In this document: positions 11,915 to 25,865 of the stretch, piece after piece
How the letters are laid out: each line of letters starts with the position of its first letter
Position numbering within the stretch: the stretch's first letter is position 1
Source of the DNA: Geosiphon pyriformis uo1
Lineage: Eukaryota > Fungi > Glomeromycota
Reading direction: 5' to 3'
Assembly: GCA_016748015.1 (NCBI GenBank)
Contig: JAAOMT010000694.1
Location: 310,001-374,000 of the forward strand
DNA: 64,000 nucleotides
Notes under the pieces: generated by a model
Told to the model about the DNA's origin: nothing
The model's input: only the letters and a program-made list of their open reading frames with translations
Databases searched by the model: none
Program-made: the position numbers and the translations under genes

Positions 11915-14900
11915 GTGAGAACAAAAAAAAAGTTAGAAATTACAGCAAAAGAAATAAAAAAATTCGAATCAATGAATAGAATAGACATACCAGTTAATAT
12001 AATAGAAAAAAAAACAATTGATAAAGAAAAAATTATCTCCACTTATTAATCAATTTTTATATTACTATATAATCAATATATGGTAGTTATAGAAAGAAAA
12101 ATAAAAGACCAACTTAAAATTTTTGAAGCAGAAACAAACATTTGTAAATTAGAAGAGATAGCTATTACCAATCTTTATATACTAATTAAGAACAATAAAC
12201 ACATTAAGATTTCAATATACAACACAACTAAAGATTTCATAAAAATATCAAATAGAACTACTATCAGATACTTAAGCATTGAAGTGGAAAATCAAGCACC
12301 CACCACCATTTCAGACTTTCTACAGCTTTATGAATATGTGAATATCACATTAAAAACTATATACAGATGAAAAAAGTGTTATTTGTTATAATCAAAACAA
12401 TTAGAGCAAATAAACTTGGAAAATTTAAACTTACTTCAACAAATACAACTTAAAATACTACTTAACAATTTTACTGATATCTTTGCCAGTAAAAATAAAT
12501 TTGACAGAACTGATATTATTTAATATTAAATTAAAACTGGAAATGCAATGTTTATCAAACAAAGAGCATATAAAGTACTACCAACTAGTTATGAAATTAT
12601 CTGACAAAAAATTAACAGAATATTAGATAATAGGTTAATTCAATTATCAATGAGCCCATAGTCATTACCAGTAGTACTTATCTGGAAAAAAAATAGAAAA
12701 ATCTACTTTTATATGGATTATAAAAAACTCAACAGTGTTATTTATAAAGATAATTATTCAACCCTATAGATCCAAGAATTATTTGATGTTTTTAGAGGAA
12801 AAAAATGTTTTCAACATTAAACTTAGATAGTAATTACTGGCAAATAGCCATAAATTCAACTGATAAAAAGAAAACAGCATTCACAACCAAAAAAAAAACT
12901 TTGAATTTAATGTTATATTATTTGGCTTAACCAATGCTTTAGCCATTTTTAACAATTTATGAAAATCATATATACTGAATTACTATGGAAATCAGTAGTA
13001 GTCTACTTGAATAATACCAATGTGTTTTCTAAAACATTTAATAACTATTTCCACCATCTTTAACAAATGTTTGAAAGATTAAAAAAAGCTAAATTAAAAT
13101 TAAATACAACCAAATGCTTTTTTGGCAAAACTAAACTTAAGTTTTTAAGATATGTTGTAAACAAAGACAGCATAAAAACAGATCCAAACAAGATTAAAAT
13201 AGTTAAGAACTTTTCAATACCAACAAATTTTACAAAATTAAGAGCATTCTTAAAATTTGCTGAATATTATTACCACTTTATTCAAAACTTTTTTAAACTG
13301 GCTTAACCACTTTACCAGCTTTAAGCAAAGAATGTTAAATATAAATGAACAAAAACCCAACAAAAAGCTTTTGATATCTTAAAAAGAAAGCTTATTTAAG
13401 CATCAGTACTAATCTATTTAAATCACAGCAAACCATTTATTATTATTACTAATGCATTTAGTCAAGCATTGGAAGCTGTATTGTTACAAAAAAGAACAGA
13501 TGAATAAAAACATCCAGTGGCATATGTCAACAGAAGTTTAAGTTCAGCTGAAAAAAACTATAGAACTTTAACATTAAAACACTTAACTATCTATTGGGCT
13601 GTAATTAAATAGAAAAAACATTTAAGTCAAAAATTTAATGTGTACATGGATTACAAAAAATTGACATTAATCCAAAAACAAAAATTTGGAAACAATCACT
13701 ATGCAAGATAGAAAATAAAACTATTATCATTTAATTATATAGTATATTATAAAAAAAAAATAGAAATGCTGACAGTTTATCATAAATAAAACAAATCTAA
13801 AAACATTTCAACCCAAAAATATAACAAAGATAAATACATAAAAATATTAAAAACTTCAATATTATATTAATATTCAACAGTTTAAGAAGAAATTATTTCA
13901 AAAAAAACAAAACAACATAAAACAACAAGCAAAATATTTTATTACTTACCAAGATATATTATACCAGAAAAACAGAAAATAGAACAATACTATTTAACAT
14001 ATATTTAAATTTAACAGCAGAACATTTTTATAAAGAAGCAACCATGAAAAAAACCAAAAAAAAATACTATTAACTATCTATATATCCAAAAATTATTCAA
14101 TATGTTCAAAGTTGTAATGTTTATTAGAGAAAAAGAGGAACAAAACTCAGTAAACCACTAAGATTAATTAAAGTAGAACAACTATTTAACTGAATTGGAA
14201 TTGACTTAATTAGACCATTAATAATAACAAACAAAGACAATTATTATATAGCAGTAGTCATAAACTATCTTATAAAATAGACAAAAGCAAAAGCAATTCA
14301 AAGAGCAAATGCAAAATCTGTAGCTGAATTTATACACCAAAATTTGATTTGTCAATATAAATGTTTAAAAAAATTATTATCAGACCAGAGAACTCACTTT
14401 GTAAACAAAACATTAACAGAATTAAGTCAAAAATTTGGAATCAAAAGACTATTATTATCATTATATTATCCACAAACAAATAACTTAGTCAAAAAATTCA
14501 ACAAAATATTATGTAAAGCAATAGCCAAGATTAGCCAAAAAAACCAGAACAAATAGAATTTATTTATACTATCAGTATTATTTACTTATTAGATAATAAA
14601 GCAAAATATTATACAAATAACACTATTTAAATTTGTTTATAATAGAAAAGCAATATTACCAATAAAGATAGATATCAACACATATATAATAGAATCAATA
14701 ACAGAAGTTAACTTTTAAAGAACATTGTTGAAAAGAACATATAACTTAATAAAAACATTAAAAAACAAAAGACAAAAAGCAGCTAATAATATACAAAAGT
14801 TATAAGTAAAACAAAAAAAATGATATAATAACCAATTATCAGATAAACCAGTCGAATTTAGGATTGAAAACAAAGTATTCTTATATTATATCAAAGTGAA

Positions 14901-16691
14901 AAAACAGTGAAGTAGAAAATTTAACTTCAAATAGAATAAACTAAAACTATATTAAAATATAGTATTATCATTTACCAATAATATTCTACAACTGAAAGTA
15001 CAACAAATATTAGTCCAATTAGATGAGATTTCATAAGATCTGAAACTAATTATAAGCATTAACATAAACATATCAAATTAATCTACAAAATAATATATAA
15101 AAAGACATGATATACATAACAAAAGCAACAAAAAAAATGAAAATTCCAGACTACATCTACATAATGGCTCAACAATTATTCCAAGCCATAAATTAACAAT
15201 AATTAAACATGAAAATTGTTATCAATTACCAAACAATTTGCTATTAAAACACCAAAAAAAACAAAAACCACTCCATATTAACAATCACAGAACCAAACAA
15301 AACACTAGTTAAATAAAATTATAGAAAAAATAAAAAACACTTTTGGGAAAATACCACTAATAATTTCAATAGAGAAAATAATTAAAGAAAACTAAAAGCT
15401 ATAGATGGAACAACTTCTAGTATTATACTGTTATTATTAGTTGAGACAAAAGCTAAATATCCAGAAATTATATATCAATAAATCCAAAAGAATATTTAAT
15501 CAAGAAATAGTACAACAGATTAAAAATTTTATTGGAAAAAAAACAAATTTTAAACTATATATTAGAACAATTTACTGACTGCACACAATATTTCAAAATT
15601 ATCCAGAAATATTACTATACCAAAAAATAGAAACAATAACTGTTAACTAGTAGAGAAAAATAAACAACTCTCAATGTAAAAAAATAAAAAACAAAATTAA
15701 ACAAACAATATTAAAAAAAAAAGTAATAGACTTAATCCAAAATGAAAATTTTAACAAAGCTCAATATTAAAGAAGAAAATAATATTACTCATAGAAAAAA
15801 TACAAAGAAAAAAAGTAGGAAAAACAAATAAAAAAATAGACCAATAGAAGAATAATACTTAATAAGTAAGCATAATATTAGAAATTATAATACATTGCTT
15901 AGCAATATATACATTGTCAATAAATTATAACATACTGCTCAACAATACATATATTGTCAGAAAATTATGGCATATTGCTTAACAATAAGAGCATTATTAG
16001 AAAAAATAGAATATATTGTTTAAGAAAATATAAGATCTTATATAATAAGAATTATGTATATATAGTAAAAATATTAGAAACAGAAAAAACAAAATCAATA
16101 CTAACAATCAATTAATTATCCAATATCTTTTTTTTTAAAAGATAGTTTTCTATAACTTAAAGCAAAATCAAATTACATATTAATAAAATATTAATTATTA
16201 CCTGAATTTATGTTATTATTGCTTGATTAAAAAATATTAATTATTTCCACTCTATTAACATAAAATATTGATAAAATTCAATACTTAATTATGCTGAATT
16301 AATAGCTTTTAATTATGATTATTAACAGGATATTAATTTTTTATTTTTTTTATTTTTTTTTATTTTTTTTATTTTGTTTTGTTATTTACTAATTAATTAA
16401 AAAAAATTAAGTGCTGAGTTATTAACATCAAGAATAGCTTGGTAAAAAACCCATAAAACAAGAGTAGAAAATTCATAAAATTAAGGATAGTTTACCAAAA
16501 GGGCAAGATTGTTAAAGGAACTGGCCATTATATTAAGAAAAAAATTTATGGAAAAAACTTTTAAGATAAGTACTAAAACAGCAAATGAATCTCTGTCTAT
16601 TATATAAAAAACTCAATTAAAACCTTCAAATATTACCAACATTATTAAGCTATTGAACACTAAGTTACAGATTTGTTATTTGTTTTAACAC
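11915..16691 (+). mobile_element. Heavily decayed Ty3/Gypsy element C (dUTPase tail, RT, RH, IN, ORF3 ~15137-15770, 3' LTR 15783-16691)
   Basis: Collinear with element A: LFGLTNA, VYLNN (YLDD), KCFFGKTKLKFL, LSDQRTHF, YYPQTNNLV. Tract AAGCTCAATATTAAAGAAGAAAATAA precedes TATTACTCATAG; ~40-bp repeats at 15880-16025. Confidence 0.88.
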
Positions 16692-17524
16692 TGTTACTCA
16701 TAGAATATAAAAAGTATATTAGCAGATAAATTAGTCAATCAGAAGTAATTGTAGTAAATATAGAATTTCAGGATTCTCATATAAGAAATTGCAGGATTCC
16801 ATAATTCCAGAATTCTCTTAGAGGAATTACAGAATTCCAAAAATTCCAGAATTTTTGGTGTACAGAATTGAGGAATTGAGAAATCTTAATTATGTATATA
16901 TAGTGATAGCATTAAAAGTAGAAAAAACAGACCTCTCAGTTTAGATTTGATCTAAGCAACCTTTCATTTACAACTATTAATAAATAATTGTTTACTATCT
17001 TAATCCACTTCTCACTATCAATACTTTATGTTAATAGTAATTGATACTTAACCACACTGAACCAATAGCTCTTGATTATGGCTATTGACGAAATATTAAA
17101 ATTCATTGTCTTGGCTTATTTTCTTTTATTTTCTTTTATTTTTGTTATTTCTTTGTTTTACTAATTAATTAAAGATTAAGCACTGAGTTATCAATATTAA
17201 GGATAGTCTGGTAAAAAACCTCAAAGGAAGGGTATAGGAACTAAGAATTTAAGGATAGCTTACCAGAAAGACATCTCTGCTAGATTACCAGTCACCACAC
17301 TGAAAAAAAAATTCGATGGATTTGCAATTCCGGAAGGCTACTGGGAAAATAACAATTGAATCTCTGTTTGTTATACAAAGAACTCTACAACAAAATCTTC
17401 AGATCAACAAGACCTTCAGAAACCAACATCATTATATCAATTAAGCACCAAGTTATAGATTTTTTATTTGCTTTGAGACTTCAAATAATCATCTGTAATA
17501 ACACCCAAATAATTATTTATAACA
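16692..17524 (+). repeat. Younger solo-like LTR (C/D superfamily) with GAATTCCAG-type 9-bp array
   Basis: TGTTACTCATAG...TATAACA, collinear with the LTRs at 15783 and 19328 but visibly richer in G/C; array at ~16762-16885. Confidence 0.82.
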
Positions 17525-17975
17525 CTATGATTAAAAACTATTATTCTAATGTAGTTAAGTATTAAAGTTTATCAACATAAGTTGTTAATAGTAAAGAAGT
17601 AATTAAGATTTTTAATCAAGCAATAATAACATAGATTAATGATAATTAGATATTTTATTGATGTTGATGTGATTTTACTTTAAGTTATAAAAAACTATTT
17701 TTTAAAAAAAAAATATAAGAAAAATAGCTATTGCTAACTATTATTCTGTCTAAATTTGTTTTTTTTGCTTCTAATACTTTTATTATATATATATAATTTG
17801 TGTTATACAAGATTTTTTAAAATCTTTCAATTTTTTTAACAAAAATCTTAGAATTCTAAAATTTTGAAATTTCGCAATTTTTTAAGAAGAATTCTAGAAT
17901 TCTTTTTTTTATTATGTTTATTTCTAATTGGCTATTTTATTTACTTATTATAATTTTTAATTTCTATAAATAACA
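17525..17975 (-). repeat. Antisense truncated LTR, same subtype as the LTR at 19328
   Basis: Reverse complement TGTTATTTATAGAAATTAAAAATTATAATAAGTAAATAAAATAGCCAATTAG matches 19328 onward. Confidence 0.85.
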
Positions 17976-20053
17976 CCAGAACAAATAGAATTTGTTTATA
18001 TTATTAGTATTATTTGCTTATTAAACAATAAAGCAAAATACTATACAAGCAATATTATTTGAACTAGTTTATAATAAAACAATCACAATACTAGTTAAGA
18101 TAAATATCAATACATATCTAATTGAACCAATAACACAAGCCAATTTTTAAGAATTATTGCTAAAAAGAACATATAACTTAATAGAAACTTTAGAAAATAA
18201 AAGATGAAAAGCAGTTAATAACATACAAAAATTACAAACAAAACAAAAAAAATAACATAATAATCAGTTATCAAATAAACCAGTCGAATTTAAGATTGGA
18301 GACAAAGTACTTTTATATTATACCAAAACCAGAAAAACAATAGAGTAGAAAATTTAATTTCAAATAGAATGGTTTATTTTAGATTAAAAAAATTCTGAAA
18401 AATAAACATACAAGTTAAGATGAAACAATAAAATCTTAATCAAAGCAGTACATAGTAATCAACTAAAATCATACTACAATATAGTATTATTATCTACCAA
18501 TAATATTCTACAATTGGGAGTATAACAAATACTAGTTAAACCAAATAAGATTTTATAAAATTTAAAACCAATTATAATTATTAAAACAAACATATTAAAT
18601 TAATTAATCAGAACAATATATAAAAAACCAATACACATAATAAAAGCAATAATAAAAATAGAAATTACTGATAACATTTACTCATTTACACAACAACTTT
18701 TACAACTTATCTAATATTAGAAATCAAGTTTTAAAGTTACTATTAACAAATAAACAATACAATATAAAAACAAAAGAATAACTTAAAGATTTTAAAATAA
18801 AGAACAATACTCTAGATATTATACTTTTAGAAATTTAGTAAACAAAATAATAAAAAAAGTAGAAAAAATATTAAAAACTTTAAGAATATTAATACCAAAT
18901 AAAGAATTTATCTTAGGAAATTAAAACTAATAAACACAACTAATTTCTAAGAATTTCTGTTATTATTAATTAAAACAAAAAATAAACATTCAAATATTAT
19001 ATACAGATAAGACCAAAAAAATATTTGATTCAACTATAATACAATAAATTAAACAAGTTATGGGAAAAAACAATTTATCCACTTATGCAAAAACTATTTA
19101 CCAATTACAAATAAGATTTTAAGACTGATTAGAAATACTACTACACTCAAAAATAAATACAATAACTATCAATTAACTAGAAAACTTAACTAATATTTAA
19201 TTTGCAGAATTGCAAACCAGAATTACAAAAGCAATTCTTGAAAAAAAAGTTTTAAAGCTAATTTAAGAAAAAAATTTAAGAGATTTAGGAGATTTTGATA
19301 GAGCTCAATATTAAAAAGAAAGAATATTATTATTTATAGAAATTAAAAATTATAATAAGTAGATAAAATAGCCAATTAGAAATAAGCATAGTAAAAAAAA
19401 AAATTCCAGAATTTTTTTAAGAAATTGTAAGATTTCAGAATTTAGTATTTTTTTTAAAGAAATTAAAAGATTTTAAAAAATCTTATATAACACAAATTAG
19501 ATATATATAGCGAAAGTATTAAAAGCAAAAAAAACAGACAATTCAGTTTAAAACAACAATACTTCTCTTTTCAAAAAATAATTTTCTATAACTTAAAATA
19601 GAATTATACTTATATTAATAAAATATTTATTATTACTTAAATTCATGTTATCATTACTTAATTAAAAAAATATTAATCTATTTTACACTATTAATACTCC
19701 ATGTTAATAGAAGCTAATATTTAATTATACTAAACCAATAGCTTTTAATCATAGCTATTAATGGAATACTAATTTTTTATTTTCTTTTATTTTGTTTTTT
19801 TTGTTGTTTACTAATTAATTAAAGGAATTAAGTACTGAGTAATTAACATTAAGAATAACCTGATAAAAAACCTAAGAGCAAGAATAAAAAACTTAAAAAT
19901 AGCTTACTAAAAAGACATAACTGTTAAAATAAACTGCCCACTATGCAAAAAAAAAATTCACAAAAAAAACGATCAATTAAATTTCTGTTCATTATACAAA
20001 AAACTTAACCAAAATCTTTAAATTCCAAAATCTTTAAATAATTATTTATAATA
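17976..20053 (+). mobile_element. Decayed Ty3/Gypsy element D (IN C-terminus, ORF3 ~18658-19313, 3' LTR 19328-20053)
   Basis: 17976 onward aligns to 14544 onward of element C. GAGCTCAATATTAAAAAGAAAGAATA precedes the LTR; the LTR end AATTATTTATAATA parallels 17511-17524. Confidence 0.85.
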
Positions 20054-20940
20054 ATAATCTTATTAAAAAATTTTTAGGAAATTGGTCTTGAATTTTAGTT
20101 TCTTTTTAATAATTTTTTTAATAAGTATTATTAATTTTTTAACTATATTTTGTGTACTTTTTTAACATCTTTTATTAAACAATTTTTAATGTTATAATTT
20201 TAATACTTTTTTTAATTAATTAATAAATGCAAAACAAATCAAATCAAATCAAAATAAAATAAAATAAAAAATTAATATTTTATTAATAGTTATTAAAAGT
20301 TATTATTTTAATATTGTTAATAGTATCGAATTAATATTATTGACATTAATAAAAAACTAATTAGGCTTGTAAAAATATAAATAATAATTTTATTTGAATA
20401 AAAATAGTTTTTAAAAATTAGATTATTAACTATAAAATTACTAAATAAAAATAAAATTAAATTGGTTTTTAATTTAATTTGTTTTTTTCTGTTTTTAATA
20501 CTTTTTTTGTATATACATAAATCCTTATAATATAAAATTTTTAAAATTCTCACAATTTTTTAAGTTATTGTTAGAATTTCTGGCATTTCTGAAATTTTGG
20601 TATTTTTACTAATTTTTCAGAAATTTTTGGTATTCTTAAAATTTTTAATATTATATATTCTAATAATTTATATTATATTATTAATTATTTATATTATTTT
20701 TTGTTTTTTGTTTTTTTTCTGTTTTTACTTTACAAGTAATATTATTTTCTTTTTTTTAATATTAAGTTCTAACAAAATTCATTAAGTTTTTTTTTAAATA
20801 AGTTTAAATACTTTTTTTATTATAATATTTAAAATTTTTGTATTTAATTTTTTAAATTGTAAGTTGATTATTTTTTTTGGTTGGTTTGTTGTTAATATTT
20901 CTATAGTTAAATGTAGTAATATTTTTTTTTAATATTATAA
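20054..20940 (-). mobile_element. Minus-strand Gypsy 3' end E (LTR ~20054-20741, PPT, ORF3 remnant)
   Basis: Reverse complement GAATTTTGTTAGAACTTAATATTAAAAAAAAGAAAATAA-TATTACTTG matches the ORF3/PPT/LTR junction of elements C and D. Confidence 0.7.
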
Positions 20941-20944
20941 GTAA

Positions 20945-23900
20945 AATCTAACTGTTATCTAATATATAAAACCAGATTAAATAGCTTAAACTAAATGTAA
21001 TTTATGCTCTTATTATATATGATTAGCTCTTTAAGCCAAATAAGACAATACTATATATTTATATAAACACATATATTACTGCTTAAACCAGAAAAAAAGA
21101 ACAGTTTGTATTTATTAAAACTAATTACAAAAAATTTAATAATACTAAACAATTAAATCATTATATTTAATAAAACAGTTTTTATACTATAAAACAAATT
21201 TAATATCAAACTACTATTCCTGACCAAACTAATTTTTTTTATATTTATTTTATATTTGAATCTTATAAGTTATATTTTTAAATAATGCAATTCTACTAAT
21301 TGTTTAATAAACTTAACAATAGTAAAAACCACTTTTTTTCTTTTTTTAAGGACCACAACAGTTTTTGGATACTAATTTTTTAATACAAACTTTTTACAAA
21401 CTACCATATACAAGTTTATATCTAGTAAATACATAGAAAAAGTTCTTAAACCAGCAAAAAAAAATAGTATAAGCATCTACTAATAATACTTACTATTTAA
21501 AAGTTTTTACTAATATTTTTTTGCAAATACTATCATTTTTAGCATAAATAAAGACATAATCTAATAGCTTTATTTTATTATATAACAAATACAATACACT
21601 CAAATATATTTTGTTATACAATTTTTTTCTAATTATTACTAACAATTATTTATATACAGCTTTTATTAAGTATATATGCAAATTAGCAAACTTTCTGTCA
21701 GTAAATTCAAAAAACATATGTGAATTAGAATGCCAAATTTTTATAGTAAATAACCAATTTATTTTTCTAATTAATATACTTAAAACTACATTATAATTAG
21801 AACTAACTTTTTAATAAACATAATAAATAAATCTATATAAATTACAAACAAAATAACAAATATTGTCAGATATAATTGTAATTTTAGTTATTATAAAACA
21901 TTTACATATTTTAATTAGCAAAAAAAAAAGAATAAACAGTTTTATTTACTATTATGTTAATTATAATATTGCCTAAAACTTTTAAATAATCTTTAATTTT
22001 TAATTATCTAACCAAGAAATTTTTATTTTTTATTAAATTAGCAATATATATTTTTTTATTCAGCATTAATTGCAAAAGTCTAACATAATACACATAATTT
22101 TAGACATATATATATCAAAAGCAGTTTAATTATTTAAATACAACATTACTGTACAAAAAAATAAAATATATTTTAAAAACAAAGCAATAGTCTGTAATTT
22201 AGCTATTATAAAAGACAAAAACTTATATATTTTAACATTAATACTTATATTTATAGCTGGAAAGTATGTTGTAGTTCTATAAGTAATCTTAACAGAATCT
22301 GTATTTTTAAAGACTTATATATGTACATCTTAATAGTACTTAACCAAATTTTATGTAAATATCTTTATATATCAAAAAACTTCTTAAAATTTAAAACATT
22401 TAAGTTATATAATCCACTAAAACTAGTAAAACCAATTTCCAAAAAACTTTTATTACACAAAAATTTTAATGTTAATCCAAATTAGTAAGACATAAAGTTT
22501 TTAAAATTTAATTTTTTCTATTAATAAAATGTTTTTTAATTTATCATATTGTTTTTTTTGTCCAAAAATTTGTTACTAAATACAACTTCAAATCATTTTA
22601 AAGAGCAAACTGAACTATAATACAAAGATTTTTCCAAAATATCTGACATCAAAAATTTACCAAAACTATAAAACACATTGGACAAATTGTTTGTTAAAAA
22701 TAAACTATTGCCCAAAAAAATTCTTACTATCTTAGCCAAAAAATTGTTTACTAAACTAATATGCAATCTGAAAAAAATTGAAAAAAATTGAAAAAACCTA
22801 CACCAAAATTTGTAAATTTAAAGATCTGTGATTAAACAAATATTTAAAAATATTCAAAGCATTAGAAAAATGATTACTAAAACCAATTTTCTTTAAACTA
22901 TATAAAAAAAATAATACAATGCTTTATTAAAAAAGGTTTGCAACAAATTAGCCTTAGATTTGAAACTTTTTTTGATTATTATATCTTATTTATAATATAT
23001 ATTTAATAAAACAAAACTAAATTATAACCAATAATTAGCTATAAATTACAAAACAGCTGACACCAAATAAGAGAACTGCTTATTTGCAATTGTTTTTTTC
23101 AATACTATATTGGCAAAAAACCTGATATTTGAATAAATCTAAGCCATATTGGGCTTAAAAAAACCTTATATTAACAAAAAAATTTCCAAATACTTATGCA
23201 ATTTATTTTTTTAGCAATCAAAATTAACAAGCTATTAATTTTTAACAAGACAGTTTTAATACTCTGGTTAATAAGAATAATTACTATTTTTTTATTGTTA
23301 ATTAATAACAAAAAACTCACTAATAATATCTAAAATATATTGTGTAAAAGTTTGGCTACTTTTAATTCAAATTGTGTTGTCAATAAAAGCATTTGCACCA
23401 AAAAATAATGTCTTTTTTTAACTACTTTTTATTCTGTTAGTCTTAATCACAAATCTAAAATCAATTTAGTATTTACATAAATGCTTATATTTTTTGACTT
23501 CATATAAGAGTAAATCATAAAAAATTCTTTAGAAAAAAAAAAAAATTTCATCTTAATTTAATTTATCATAAATTTTGTAACTATTTGAAAATTCAAAATC
23601 TGTTATTATTCTATTAATCTTGTTTCTATATTTATTGCCAAAAAATTCAATAAATTAACTACATATTTTAATATGCTGCAAGCTAACTTTTAGATAATAC
23701 TACTTAATTAAATTATAAATTTTGTAAGATTAACTATAGTTCTTTGTTTTTTTTTAAAGCATTTTTAACTATTAACTCAATAGCAAAATAAAAAATTAAA
23801 TTGAAGTACTCTTTAACACCAAAAAATTATTATTACAAAAAACACCAAATTTGTTATATACAAAAAAGATCTAATTAAAAAGAATTTTAGATAAAATTTT

Positions 23901-25865
23901 CTCAGTCATTTTAATTAATGCAATAAGTTAAATGTTTATTAAAATACTATCTTATTTATAAAACTTAAAAATTATCAAACTTATATTCTTTTTTAAAGAA
24001 CTAAAATATTGTCAAAAGATAAACAAAAATTTAACAAATCCAAAAAGCACTTTATTACAATTTTAGCACAATGTTTTTTAAATTTTATTTGATATTTTAG
24101 ACAGTTTAACAGCTTTATTATTAGATAGATTATTAATTACCAAAACCAATTTTTTTATGTCAATTTTTTTTATTATATTAGAAAAGACACTATTATCTAT
24201 ATAGTCTAAGAACATATATTAATAAGACCAAAAATTAAATATCTTTAAATATATAAACTGTTTTTTTGTTTATCTTTCTATAACTTTATCAACTTTAAGC
24301 TTTATTTTATTTAGTTTTATAACCAATTTTTTTTTTAACTATCAAGTAATTCAAAACAATCTTACAAAAAAACCACTTTAAAATACTTTTTATTATTTGT
24401 TCTTTGTTAAAACAAAAATTTTCTATATGCTATTTAATTGTTTTTCTGATGAATATATTTTTAGATGTCTTTAATTCATAGTATTTAAATTTTTTATATT
24501 TTTTTTTGACTATTTACAAATGTTTGATAATGTTTATTAATTTTATATTATCTTAAACTATGCTAATAACTTTAAAAGCCTTAGCACTATTAACAACCAA
24601 CCAAGTTTTAACAAGATAACCAATTTTAAAAAGATCTTTTAAGTTTAATTTCTTTATAATCTTAATAATAAGCTGTTTTAATTTAAAAAATCTCAATAAC
24701 TGTTTGTTTTTTAAACAATTATATTTATTATACCAATGTTTAGAAAACATTATATTAGCCAAATAAATTATAATTTTTTTTAACATTTTCCATATTGTAT
24801 TCAAGTTACCAAAATTTTTTACTTTTATAAACACACTCTAAATTTAATTTTTGCAGAAACACTAATATATAAACCCAAAACTATAACCAAAAGTCTATTT
24901 TTAAATAAAAAACAAACTAAAATTAATTGACTTAAAATTTTATTTATCTTTGAAACATATTAAACTAAAAAATTATTTATAATAATAGTTATATCAGCAT
25001 TGAAAAAATTTTTAATTAAACCAAATGTAAAAATCTGTATTTTATTGAATTTTTTTATAATCTATAACTTAATATTAAATCTTAATTTCGTTTCTATAAT
25101 AATAAAAATCATGTTATTTAAATCTATATACCAATAAACAATATTTTTTTGCTTGGCAGAAACATTAACACTTCTAATATTACATATAGCAATTTTCTAA
25201 ACAAGATTAATCATTGGTAAAAAGAGATGCTTAAACTCAAACCAATATTTTTTACTTTGACTAACAGACCCAAAATTATATCTGATAGATTATTTATGCT
25301 TATTTCTAAGCTAATAATATCCTTAGATAATGGAAAAATTTTTATTGCTATAGTTTTATTATTAGTAGTTATATTTAAATTTTTACTTATTATTGTATCT
25401 GCTTCTTAATCTTACAATAAAAAAGTTATTAATAGTTAAAATTCAAAGCATAACTGGAAAATTATTGGCCTGAATGGATTTAATTTTTTTGCCAATTAAC
25501 TAATTTGTTCTGTAAAATTAATAAAACTGTATTTTAAAACTGTAAACTTATTAATAATGTTTAATATAACCAGTAAAAAAGACTTCACTTTTAAAAAAGA
25601 GCCAACTTTAAATAAATTATTTTGCCCAGAAAAAAAAAATAAAAATCAAACATTTGTCTAAATTTTATTATCAAACAAAACTAAATAAGCAATAAAGTCT
25701 GTTTTTTTTATATAAGTTGACTAATTGTGTTTAATTTTAAACAATAATATGTTTTTTACTATAATCATCTAAATTTTTATTAGTTAAACATATATTAAAA
25801 ACATAACCAAATTGTTTGTACAGAACACAACAGACCAAAAAAAAACCAAAGTATTGAAATCTAAT
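20945..25865 (-). mobile_element. Old, extremely AT-shifted LINE related to the LINE at 28.5-35.2 kb (ORF2 plus the 3' part of ORF1)
   Basis: Collinear with 28550-~34000 (e.g. 20980-21065 vs 28567-28650; 23100-23220 vs 30715-30845), with an apparent deletion near 24830. Confidence 0.85.
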
